DNA of 64,000 bases. Origin: Takakia lepidozioides. Lineage: Eukaryota > Plantae > Bryophyta. Positions 49,851 to 64,000 of this stretch are shown here, in pieces. Under the pieces are notes generated by a model. That model saw only the letters and a program-made list of their open reading frames with translations. It was not told the origin of the DNA and ran no database searches. Position numbers and translations under genes: made by a program. Numbering within the stretch: position 1 is the first letter of the stretch; each line of letters starts with the position of its first letter. The DNA is taken from positions 2,170,001 to 2,234,000 of the forward strand of contig CM060734.1 of the NCBI GenBank assembly GCA_030704615.1. The letters run 5' to 3'.

Positions 49851-51090
49851 CCACACTAATTGAGATTTAAACCAAAAAGTTTGAGTGTGTAATGAGTAAA
49901 AAATTGACTTACCCCCATATCGTTGAAAAACTGTCTCCATGCTGCACTCAACGCAGATACTGTTGGACCGCCTTGGTCCACGGTGATGGAATCAATCAGC
50001 TCATGCCCATCTAGATTGTACTTTGGGATGATCTCAAGAGGAGGGTAGACTGTCTTCTCTGTTTTGCGTCTCATGAAATGATTGCGAAGATCTTTCACCT
50101 CTCCCCTTGGTCCACCTACGTTGTAATTGACATGGTTAGGATTTAAAAACATATGCAACAATACTGAGTCTACTCGCAACTTCGATTATGTTTCATTCAT
50201 TGTGTGACATCTTATCTCAAAGGATTAAATGAGAAAAAGAGACAGAACGTACCATTAAGCGAGTCGGTGGCAATTGCAAGTATAACTCTCTGTAGTCCTT
50301 CAATGTGACAGCTTAGGTGTACCATCGACAATTTTTGCCAACATTCTTCTTTGTACCTGTAAGCTGTTAGTATTTTGTTGTCCTCTGTATTTCTTACAGT
50401 CGCAAGCTTCTCTTCCTCCCAACTTTGAAGCCTTTTCACCATAGAGTGTAACATTGTTGAGGGGAGAGAATGTTGGGCGGACGTCCTTGAAACCACACCC
50501 TGCAGTTGCTCAACAGACATGGTGGTAGTAGTATCATCGCCAAGTAGTGAATCCAACTGATCCCACCGCTCCCAATCTGGTAGGGCATTGTCCTTAAAAC
50601 ATGCCTCTATGACAGCAGTAATGAAACCTGAAAAGTGGGCACCTGAAGAAGCCAAAAGGGTGGTAAGCTCATTCTCCACAATCTCATTGGTTAATCCTCG
50701 ATGTGTTAGCCGTCGTCTTGCAAGAGTTTCATGGGCCCGGGTACATTCCTCTTCATCCATGGTAGCTAACATTGGAGTCCACCCCTCAAACACTCTCCAG
50801 AACCCACGATTGGTTCTCTGTGTGGCAGACTCGAGATCAAATGGAATAGCATCCTCACGTTGCCCTACACTCCTCATCAAATCGGCATATATTTCCTGTG
50901 CCTTCATGAGCTTAGCCTGCATCTCCTCTAACTCCCTCATATCATCACTCATTAATAGCGCTGACATTCTCGCATGAGAACTAGAGGGGTGGGCATGTTG
51001 CCTCCTTACCTCGTCCTCTGTAATGATGATTGGGTTCGTAGAAATACCCCCTGGAAGCACATTTTCATCGTTTCCCAACTGGTTACAAAT

Positions 51091-51816
51091 TGTCGCACAC
51101 CTCACTTCGGTAAGCTCCCCTTCAAGTCATAGTTACTCGCTTTCAATGCGCGTGCCTACCTCCCAAACTGGCCGCCGGGCCAACTCGGAGCTTCGGTTGC
51201 TCACCAGGACATAACAGTCCCCCTTCACTCCTCCACGAGACCCTCTCTCAATTTGGGCCAAGTGGAAATTCCCTTTGGTCGATGGCAGTCCAGAACAACT
51301 CCCCACACCTTGGTCGCTTTCCGACTTGCACGCTTACTCACTAGTTTTTGGTCACCAACGGGCTTGCACCGTTCTCGGGGTTGCTACTCCCTATATATAC
51401 TTCTGTGACTGTCCGCGGGGGTTTCACAAACAACCCTGCCATTTTATGGCGAACCACCACGAAAAACCTCGACTCCCGGTGGTAAGTCGCGGTGAGTCTT
51501 GGCCCACCCACCACGGCCCCATTGGGCCGTGATGAGTCCCAAGACTCCCCACGACTCCCACCACAAGGTTTCCGCCCCATGGTGAGTCCTATGCCACCCC
51601 CACTAAGACCTACTAAGCTACCACCACCCCTCGTGGAACCACCCCCACCGCAACCCGGTGTGCGGAGCTCCACCTAGTGAGCGCCTCCGCCTCCTTGAGT
51701 GCCTTGGGCACTCAAGGGTGCTTCAGCCCCCGCATCTATTGTTGCCACTGCCCCCACCACAGGGGCAACCCCTCTTGTGTCCCAACCCCCTACCCTAAAG
51801 GCAAAGGGCTGCGACA
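51091..51816 (-). mobile_element. Solo LTR (726 bp)
   Basis: TGTCGCA...TGCGACA inverted ends; 5-bp TSD CAAAT (51086-51090 and 51817-51821); partial copies at 12944-13293 and 20500-20637; strand given relative to those copies. Confidence 0.9.
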
Positions 51817-54800
51817 CAAATAGACTCAACATTGAGCACTTGGCTTGAGGAATGGCCGGATAAAGAAGGCATGGATAGTACAGGTGACCTGCATCGAGGA
51901 CGTCTAAGAGGCTGATGAAGAAACTCTAACTCAACGTCTGAGGTGTCACGAGGGCGGCAACGATGGCTTGTAGATAGTTGCGCCGTCTCTGCAACACGAC
52001 ATGGAAGAAGAGACACTGCATCTTCTTCGGATTAAGTAAATGCAGCTGGTGTACCTGGAGCTGTCAAAGGGAGAAACTCACGCCCGGAGACCGCATGAAT
52101 ATAGTCTTCAATCTGTTGAAGACAAAGCATACGCACAAGATCGACAATGTAGATCATACATGGATGATTGTCATTTCTTTTGGGCAATTTCCACCATACC
52201 CAAGGAGTGACAGGAGCTACCAATGGTGCACCTAACCAACCCCTTGTCACCTACACATAAGACAGAAGCCAAAGTCAGTATAAAGCATAAAAAAAAGTTT
52301 GTAAGGCCAATTACCAAGAAGAGCAAGTCAATAGAATAACAAATGATAAAGTATTAGAATTCCACTTACATGATGGCGTGCTAAGGAAGTGTGGTAAAAG
52401 AAGCCACCGATGTTGGAAAGAAAATCACTATCTCCGTACATCTTGGCTACAGCTTCGGCCACTTCCAACTGTGAAGACCCAACTGGGTAGGATGTGAGAC
52501 CCGGAAGATCCACCCATGGAGTCTCAATTGGCAAAGAAATTTCTAAAATTTCCTTGGAGACCTCAACAACCATGACCCTATCCATGCCATCAATCTTATG
52601 TGTTGCAAACTTCAGAGAAAACAGAAATTGTTTGGTGGTTGTTACTCGTGAAGGAGCAGACCTCGATCGACGATGACTAAGAGCAGCTTGTCTTGCACCA
52701 GACCCAAGCGGTTGACGTGGAGATCCTTGGAAAAATGCAACCGTAATAGCAGAAGCTGATAAAGTATGAGACGCAGATGTATCTTGCATGGAGCCTCTGA
52801 GGGACTGAGTACCTGTCAACTGGCCGAGTATATGACCTCATGCAGCTTGGAGGTAGGGCCGTGTTTCCAAAGCTCCTTGGATTGCCATTGCTTGACGGTG
52901 ATAGAGATCCGAGTCTTAAAATCTGAACTTGTGGGTTGCATGGGGTGAGAGGGGGTCCATGTTGTGAAGTCTGTGGAACTGGAACTGGAACCGGAATTGG
53001 AACTGGCGGAGTTGAAGGGCCTGATCGTATGTTTTCATTCAGCGACGCCAATGGGGTGCGAGAAGACCAATGGGCTCTCGGCCTCTCACGATCCATCACT
53101 GGAGTACTTGCCAGTCAATTGCTCTGTTTCATGACACAGTGGATAGTAGTTTAGTGGCTTGCCACAAGCAATCAGGACAAGACATGCATATCAAACTATA
53201 AATAAAATAGTAAATAAATAAGCTATAAAACATCTCTCTTCGAACTTAAGGGAGATAACAATTCAGCATAGTTAAGCCAAAGATTAATAAGTCTAGTGTA
53301 AAGTGATAGATCTTGAATACTTTCACCATTTAGTCTAAAAGTCCAGTCTTTGATTGAGAATAAATTCCGGTTTGCCATGGAGCACATCTAACAATCTGAA
53401 GCCTCTCCTGGCTATTGTCATTATGCAAGTGTGATATTTAGAGAAGCCTTTTGTGTTTGCAAGACAACTATCCATACAAGAGAAAATAGAGAGGTAGACA
53501 TGACACCGAGGGGTAATGATCTAATACTTCAATGTAGCTGAGACAAGTCAGTAAAAGGGGACACCCTAACCAGATGAGAAGATTGAAGAACAATGTCAAT
53601 AGTTGGACTTACAGAGTCTGAAGGTTGGAGAAACCCCCGAGAACAAATGGAATCTCGCCTGCTAGGTTGCAGTTCTATAGTTGTCTGGATCACATGTACA
53701 AGTCATACCTTGGTCAGTAGTCACAAAGCAGATTGTGCTTTCATGGTCAAGGCAAAGAACCTTGTACATAGGGGAAATTACACTGAGGATTCAATTTGTG
53801 TAGCCTTTCTGTGGAGATGCTATTCTGCAAGAGAACCAAAGTGCCCAAAGGAAACACATTGCATAACTACATGACACAGAGAACAACCCAAATCTCAAAG
53901 AGGCTGAGAGAGTCATGCACAGAAGAGAAATGAAATGAAATGGCAGAGAGTAAAAGAAGAGAACATTACGGCATCAAGAGGAGAAAAGAAATAGATCCAA
54001 AGAGAGAAAAAAGATGGAAAGAGAAATGAAATGAAATGGTGCTTTAGAAAGAGAGAAACTTCATATACGGTAGAGCCAAGCTCAAAGAGGTTATGGGACA
54101 AAAGTAGGAGAGAGAGAGAGAGAGAGAGAGGTCATGTCCACAACTTGGTTAGTTCCTTCAGTTTGGGCTGTAAGTGAACATATCTCAGGTGTCCCAGTCT
54201 CAGGTATATTTGGGCACCAGATAGACATAAGAAAGGTAGAGGGGTGCAGCATTCGACCGTGGAAAAAATAGAGCCCGGGGTAAAGGCGGAAAACCCAGAA
54301 CCAAAACCTGAAAGAACAGAAAGCAGGAGCAGAAAGCTGGAATTTAAGGGAAAAACGCTAGAGTAAAAACTTCCTGAATCTACATCTGATCGAAAAGCCG
54401 CCAACAGCAAGATTCTAGTCCAGCGTAAGAGCTTCCCACCGCAACCTTCCCGAAACCGTTAACGAGATTTCTGCCCGATCAGCCATGCGATTTCTATTCT
54501 AGCTTCAGTATGGAATAGTACCTCCTCCGATTTTCCTTGTGAGCCGAGAAGATGAGAGAGGGTCATGCAGTTGCAGGGTATCCGGTATCCTCTGCTGTCA
54601 CACAATTGCCACCGGCACAGTGGTGAAGAAACTTTTGATGCCATTGGACTACCACCAGCGGTGCATATCTTGAGAGAACTATAGATATGATATCACAGAC
54701 AGAGCAAGTGCTTAACAGTTGCCCACATGAAAATCAGGCCCATCTTCACTCATCAAATTTCTCTTTTCAAGACGAAAATCAGTACTGTTACAATGGAACC

Positions 54801-57800
54801 GGAATCACATGACAATTTTAAGAACCAGCAACACCGAGCTTGTACCCTTGATCACGCCGTAATCGTGGCTGCCCACCACGATCACATCAGCACCAACGCG
54901 ATTGGCCGCATGAACGAGTCAGCTTCCAGCTTCACCCTTTTTCACCTCTCCCTCACAACATATAATCTGCAGCAATCCGAAATACTGACGATCCGACACT
55001 CAAATTGGATACCAATGCACCGATTGATTGCTTATAATAAAAAATTAGCCCACTAACTCATAAGAAGACTTCACACGAGCTCCGGGGGGTCAGAATTTGA
55101 CAAAAGATTCAAAGAACACAATCTTGATAGAGAGTGATAAGCACCCTACGGAAAATTAGCTGAGAGGATGGCTACATAACTGGCAATAGCAACTGAATTA
55201 GAGGCTGTAGTTTCAGATAAGCCCAGGACAAATTGGGACCCCATCTAAGGCTTTGCTACAAGCGTCAGGAGCTGGTCAGCAAGTTGCTGTTGCCAAGAAG
55301 AAATGTGTGCCGTGCATCCTATTTTCAACTAATCAGGGACAGTAGAATCAGTTTTCCAGCCCTACTGACTCTTCTGTGCAAACACCATGGTGGGTGGAAT
55401 CCCAACACCATCCAGGACATTGCAGAAATTGAGTGCATCTTCTGATCCATTTTCACTAATCAGTTACTAAGCTTGAAAGGAGGTTGATAGATTCCAAGCC
55501 TACCTTTTGAACTTGAGAAGCTGAAAGGGATCTACATACTTACACCATGTTGAGTGCATAGTAGACAAAACTTTTTAACAAGGCTTTGGAGGCCTCATTG
55601 GCACTCTTCTCCGTCAGTGAGTCTCCTTCAGTGATGGAACCAACGCCCCGTACGCTGCGCACCCCTCCCCCCGCGAGAGTAGAGCTGCCAGTAGAGCTGC
55701 CACCAAAATTTAGCCACTAAGCTGAACCCTTCCTTAGTGTGCAGTGCTTTAAAAGTCCAAACGAAAGGTTGTAAGGATGCTGGTGGACAAGGAGAGGGAG
55801 CAAGAGAGATGAAGAGAACGTCCTCATTGACATTCCCTTGAATGAGGGCTATGACATTCCCTTGAATGAGGGCTATGGCATACCCTTGAAATCATAGCCC
55901 CCATGGAACGTCCACCCCACCAGCAGTCTCAGTCTGAAATGCCGTAGTGTACCCGAAAAGGCGACAAAATCCACTTGGAATTGAGTGTTCATTTAAGGGC
56001 TGGCATTGACACTAGACAGAAAGCATGAGGCTGACTCCAGAGTGGCTTCTCAAGTCCTCTAGCTCAAACAGCTGTTACACAAGTGACTGTGGTTGTATTG
56101 CCAATCATACTGAAAGACGGGCTGAGAGAGAAGACATCCTGTCCCAAAATACTCTGTGGGACTAAAAATTGCAAGAACCATGATGGGGGTGCACCTGTCG
56201 GATGAGACAAGAATGATAGGAAGGCAGCCTTGGGTGATGCCCATTCTAACGAGATGCAGCAGCAAACTGTCATGATATGCTGCACCATCCACACCTCCTC
56301 TATCCAGTGCAGCTTTCCGCATTACATCCATAGCATGAATCACCAACTTCGGCTGGCCCATGTCACAACAATTGACTAAGCTCTCATGTGCTAAAGAAGT
56401 GCAAGGGTCGAATCTGCAGGTCTATTCTCGTGCTTCCCTTCCCCAGCTTCCCTCCCTCTCTCTCTCTCTCTCTCCGTGGACTTCTTAATCAACAGTGTGA
56501 CTGGCAGTATTTCCACAACCACACATGTCACATTGGTTGCAAGCTAAATCAATGGCAGGCCTCCATTTCCCCTCCTCCCATCCCCTACCCCTTTTCTGCT
56601 TCATTGCCTTGGAGTCCATGGTAACAGGACTAACAACGTCTACTTGGTACATCATCACTCTCTCTTCCCATTTGGAGGGGGGGGCCTGTTGGTCTTCATA
56701 CCTGCAAAAGGCCTTCCTGGGTAGCCCATGAGAGGAGATGTAGCAGAAGCACGGGCCATCTAACAGCTGCATCAGCCATGCCCTTTGGAACTGCCCCTCT
56801 ATTCCTTCTAGCAGCTCCAGCTTCTAACCTCCACTCCTCCTGCATTAGCAGAAGCCTCTTTGCAAGAGCCAGAGACAGTGCTGCCTTGTCTTCCTTGGCA
56901 TTCAGTCTCTGATCCACATCTGCACGTCTGCTCATGTTAACAAGTGAGCATAAGACTGAGAAAGCCTCAAGAAAGTGATAGGGGGTTGGACACAGGTTGA
57001 GCTGGTCCCTGGTGACTCCTGAACTTTGCTGACTTTCAAGGATAACAGCTCAGCAACTGTATAGAAGAGAGCTCCAGGGGGCTTCGTTTAGGAGCCTGTC
57101 AGTCTGTCTACCAACAGGCAGCAGTACGAGGAAGCACAAGGGGTATAAAAGATACTGACCCTGCCATCCTTGTTAGAAGACAAAATCACATGCTATTGAG
57201 TATCCTTGTAACCATACCTTTTAGGTGGACTGTACATTCCAGCGCATTTTTGGGGTCCCTGCCACTGTTGGGATGTGACCTGAGATTGCTGACATATGCC
57301 TGGGAGCTTCCTTCCATATCCGTTTCGTACTAATGGAGCCAATGTCAACGGAGTGTACACCATTCGTGGCTCGATGTAGAAATCGGGACAATGCCCCATC
57401 AATTGCATGATGATCAAGAAGCCCCTTCAAAACAGTCTGGCTGTTCAGACAACCCGCTTCCACTGCTTCTAGTGCAAGAGATACAAGGGCTTCCTCCAGG
57501 TGCTGACGGACCTTCCCTAAGTCATATTGGCTTTTGTATATCCCATCTTCAGTCAAGGCAACACTTTCCTTGGTCAGCGTCCATGGAGGAGTGCAGCCTC
57601 CTTCACTTGGAGCTCTTTGTTGTGGACAGAGGTCGACATATGCTACAGCATGAGGTGCTTTCCTCCCACTCTTGCAGCAGCCCTGCAAATTGGCTTAAAG
57701 CATTTGAAGTGTTCTTGGTGCATGCAAGTCTCTCTCTCTCCCACCTCCGCTGGCCCCCCCGGAAGTGATGAAGTTTCTTTCTTTCTCTCTCCCCCTCACA

Positions 57801-60421
57801 TACAGACACAGAAGATATGTCCAGTAGGCAAATAACATGAAGTGCAGCACAATGACAACTATTTTCTCTTGCCCATCATACTATAAGAAGGGAGGGAGAC
57901 ACCACTCTATTTCAGAGACTGCTCATCCTTGTCAGATTCTTCAACCAGGAGTGCTAAGCAGCATTACCTACACCAGGCACAGTGGCACTGGCCAGCATAC
58001 AGCAGGAACCTCCCAGATTCACCAGGAATACAAGTATCACTTTTGCATTTTGAGTAGCAGTTCTGGGAATGAATTGATTCTGCTACTGTATATCCTATCT
58101 GCACAGTACAAAGAGATGTATAAAGAAAACCAAAGTATGAATTGCATATATATGAAGGCCAGGCTAACCTTCGATGGTAGTATGCTTGCCCACACCACGA
58201 GGACCATGTAAGACAAGGGCTTGTGGCACTACTGGGGACTGCGCATAGCGCTGCAGTTCTATGTCCAGGACGGGACGCCGCACAATTTTCCATTTCTCAC
58301 TTGTCACCACCTCCGAATGAGAGTCCTGGTGGGCAGCCCTGTTGCCACAGTTGCTGCCAGCGCCCTACTACCACATCATTTGTTTCTTCATGTCTATAAT
58401 CCAGAATTTCAGGCCCTCAAATTGAAGACTCAAACAGATGGTTTAGCAATTTAAATGATACTTGAAATATCCATGAAGTATGCACATAGTCTTTACTGAA
58501 TTCCCGAGGAAGATCTTCAAACAATAACCAATACAATGAGCATGAAGACCTTGAACCCTAAATCTTGCAACTCGGAAGTTGTTGAGGCACAAAAGTCGAA
58601 TGTATAGTGATCTAATGCAGCATAATCAAAATGAGAGGGCAACCAGGCAGCTTATATACAAAACGAGATCAACATTGTGAACTAGAAGTGGACACACATT
58701 AACACAGGTAGGGAACATCTCAACAACAAGTAGACTTTTCGGTAACCTATACGCCAGGAAATCCAATGGACAGCTCTTGAACATGGCATCATCAAACTGA
58801 AGGGCAAACCAGGGAGCTCCTATCTAACACGTTAGTGTACACGAAAGCTAATGCCGGCTGTGAATGTTCGAAAGAGCACTCAGACCTTAAACCCCAAACC
58901 CTGCAACCTTTCAGATTTAGGGCCAACGCAAAAAGATTCTGCAACCTACATAGCTAGTCACATAAAAAGATTTAAGAAGATTGGCCCCTCAACTCCCTGC
59001 CGAAAGTGGTGACCCTTCTAGAACCTCGCACTTCAAAATTGCTCAACTTTCCGATCTGACATTATAAAACGGAGAGGGCAGGCAAGAATTTCGTAGTCAA
59101 CATTGCGTTGTACAGGTGCACACAAACACTAGGATGGTGTCTGTAGAATTTGAACAAAACTGTATGCTAATCGTCCGATCCAGATTACACTGTGCTCCAC
59201 CACACACGAAGCAGGTGCATTGAGGGGAGTAGACATTGATAGTACCACGATGCACTACAGAAATCACACACGAGTAATGAAATGAACTGAAATGAGAGAC
59301 ACAGAGACAGAGAGCGCGCGTGCGTGATACCTGTATTTGAGGAACAGCAGAGAAAAAATGCGCCAGACGAGAAATGGAATGCAATCTGAATCCCAAAAGA
59401 GGAGGCCAGCGCCGAGAAAGGCAGCGATGGTGCACAGACATGGCCGTGATGGGACTCAGACGACAACAACCACTGCGTCCTCCTCCAGACTAGTTTCTTT
59501 TTTAGTTAGTGTCCACACAGCAACCGAACATCACAGTGATTGATAACCTGGTGTGCGGTCTTGGAAACAGAGAGCTAGTATGAAGAACATCTACCCGCAG
59601 ATTCCTAGTCGCTGTCGATTCACAGGAAATGCAAGAGTCTGCGCGCTCTGCATCTGCACCCCGATGCACGTTTGCAAATACAACCGTTTTCTTTTCCTCA
59701 TGTTCCCTCCGGGCAGCAATTCTAATGTACCTGGGCAGGATGCTTTAAAATCTATAAGTTACATGTAAATCATTTTTGGCACTACTTGGTAGTTGTGCCA
59801 CATTCACGGAGACGGCTCACGGAGTCCGTCGCCGTTAATGGTGACGGCCTCCGTGGGTCGTCACCGTCCACGACGACGGACGTCGTGCCGCCACCGTCCA
59901 CGGTGACGGACACCGAGACACCGTGCCCGTCACCGTCCAAATAGTATTCCATACTGGGGAGTCAATGGGGAGGAGGGCGAGAGCTATGCGCCAACGTGGC
60001 GTGGAGTACGTGGCAGGGCGGGCAGTCTTTGCCCGGGCATCCCCGGCACTATCCCTCATAGTGTCTGGGACATAGGTCGGCGGCCGTCGGGGCGAGGAAG
60101 AAGCGCCGGTTGTTGCGGGGCCGGTCTGGAAGGTTCGGGGCCCTACAAAAACCCTTCCTGCTCCCCATGTTCTCTCAGAGACCCCTCGATCGTCAGGCCT
60201 GCGAAGTGGCTGGGACCGGTCGGATTGCACCTGTGTGTTGCTCAGGTGCTCGGAGTTGTGATCTTATTGGGAGATTCTCTTGCTTTCTTGGAAGATTTTG
60301 ATCGAGAGGTTTGTGACCGGCCGTGATTTCGGTGAAGCACGCAGAGCGTACGCTGGGGTGTTGGATTGGGGGGCTTGGAAGTTCGTTGATCTGCACTGAG
60401 AGTTGATCCGAGGGGAACGGA

Positions 60422-64000
<3,579 letters not shown>

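Larger units (their letters stand above)
45258..53100 (-). pseudogene. Multi-exon HECT-domain E3-ligase-like gene, interrupted by insertions
   Basis: C-lobe RFITGS..YPEASVCNKTLNMPLYESEEEMQIKLNVA..WG (45258-45510), N-lobe start VDQGGPT..AW (~49930-49985), intermediate exons 45600-46320, upstream exons 50250-51090, 51822-52240 and 52370-53100. Stops and frameshifts present; 5' limit uncertain. Confidence 0.65.
40099..59953. mobile_element. 19.9-kb non-autonomous TIR DNA transposon with IS3EU-like termini, carrying cargo
   Basis: Left TIR 40099-40535 and right TIR 59549-59953 are near-identical reverse complements (left has a ~30-bp extra). Ends are TATGGAATAC...GTATTCCATA. Direct repeat CTGGGG at 40093-40098 and 59954-59959. 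Confidence 0.85.

Noticed and set aside
40099-59953. Polinton/Maverick identity (similar size, long TIRs, 6-bp TSD)
   Set aside because: No pPolB, integrase, ATPase or capsid ORFs seen, and the termini are not AG...CT.

Overview
Intron-rich land-plant DNA, probably from a non-seed plant (inference from the CDC48, HAESA/HSL-type RLK, PLS-PPR and chromovirus sequences). It is almost entirely repeat or mobile-element derived, and the 5' part of a normal CDC48 gene lies at the right end (60422->64000). Main finding 1: a spliced gene (255-5379, 10 exons, ~1,400 aa, frame open across the junctions checked) fuses a ParB/Sulfiredoxin-like domain (FFVWDGNHRLLAW) to a beta-class amino-DNA-methyltransferase-like domain (motif IV-like CDMIILDIPD, motif I VLDLICGTG..R...AYE). 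A 22-bp palindrome (GGAAATGCGG-YR-CCGCATTTCC) occurs in three of its introns and as a dense array just downstream, followed by a pair of related, uncharacterised ~190-aa ORFs. The window also holds a decayed tandem copy of this unit, a divergent paralogue (35613-~39780) with a different palindrome (TGAATGTCGT-TR-ACGACATTCA), and a third relic (25881-26070) with a third palindrome (GGAAGTCGG-YR-CMGACTTCC). This looks like a ParB/parS-like protein-plus-cognate-site system diversifying on plant mobile DNA; that interpretation is a hypothesis. Main finding 2: a 19.9-kb element (40099-59953) has ~0.4-kb TIRs, TATGG...CCATA ends and a 6-bp TSD (an IS3EU-like signature). It carries a HECT-ligase-like gene and captured host-gene fragments, with no visible transposase. 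The rest comprises gypsy relics, a solo LTR with TSD, a Sola-like MITE, a probable SINE, a LINE relic and a WD40 gene fragment.
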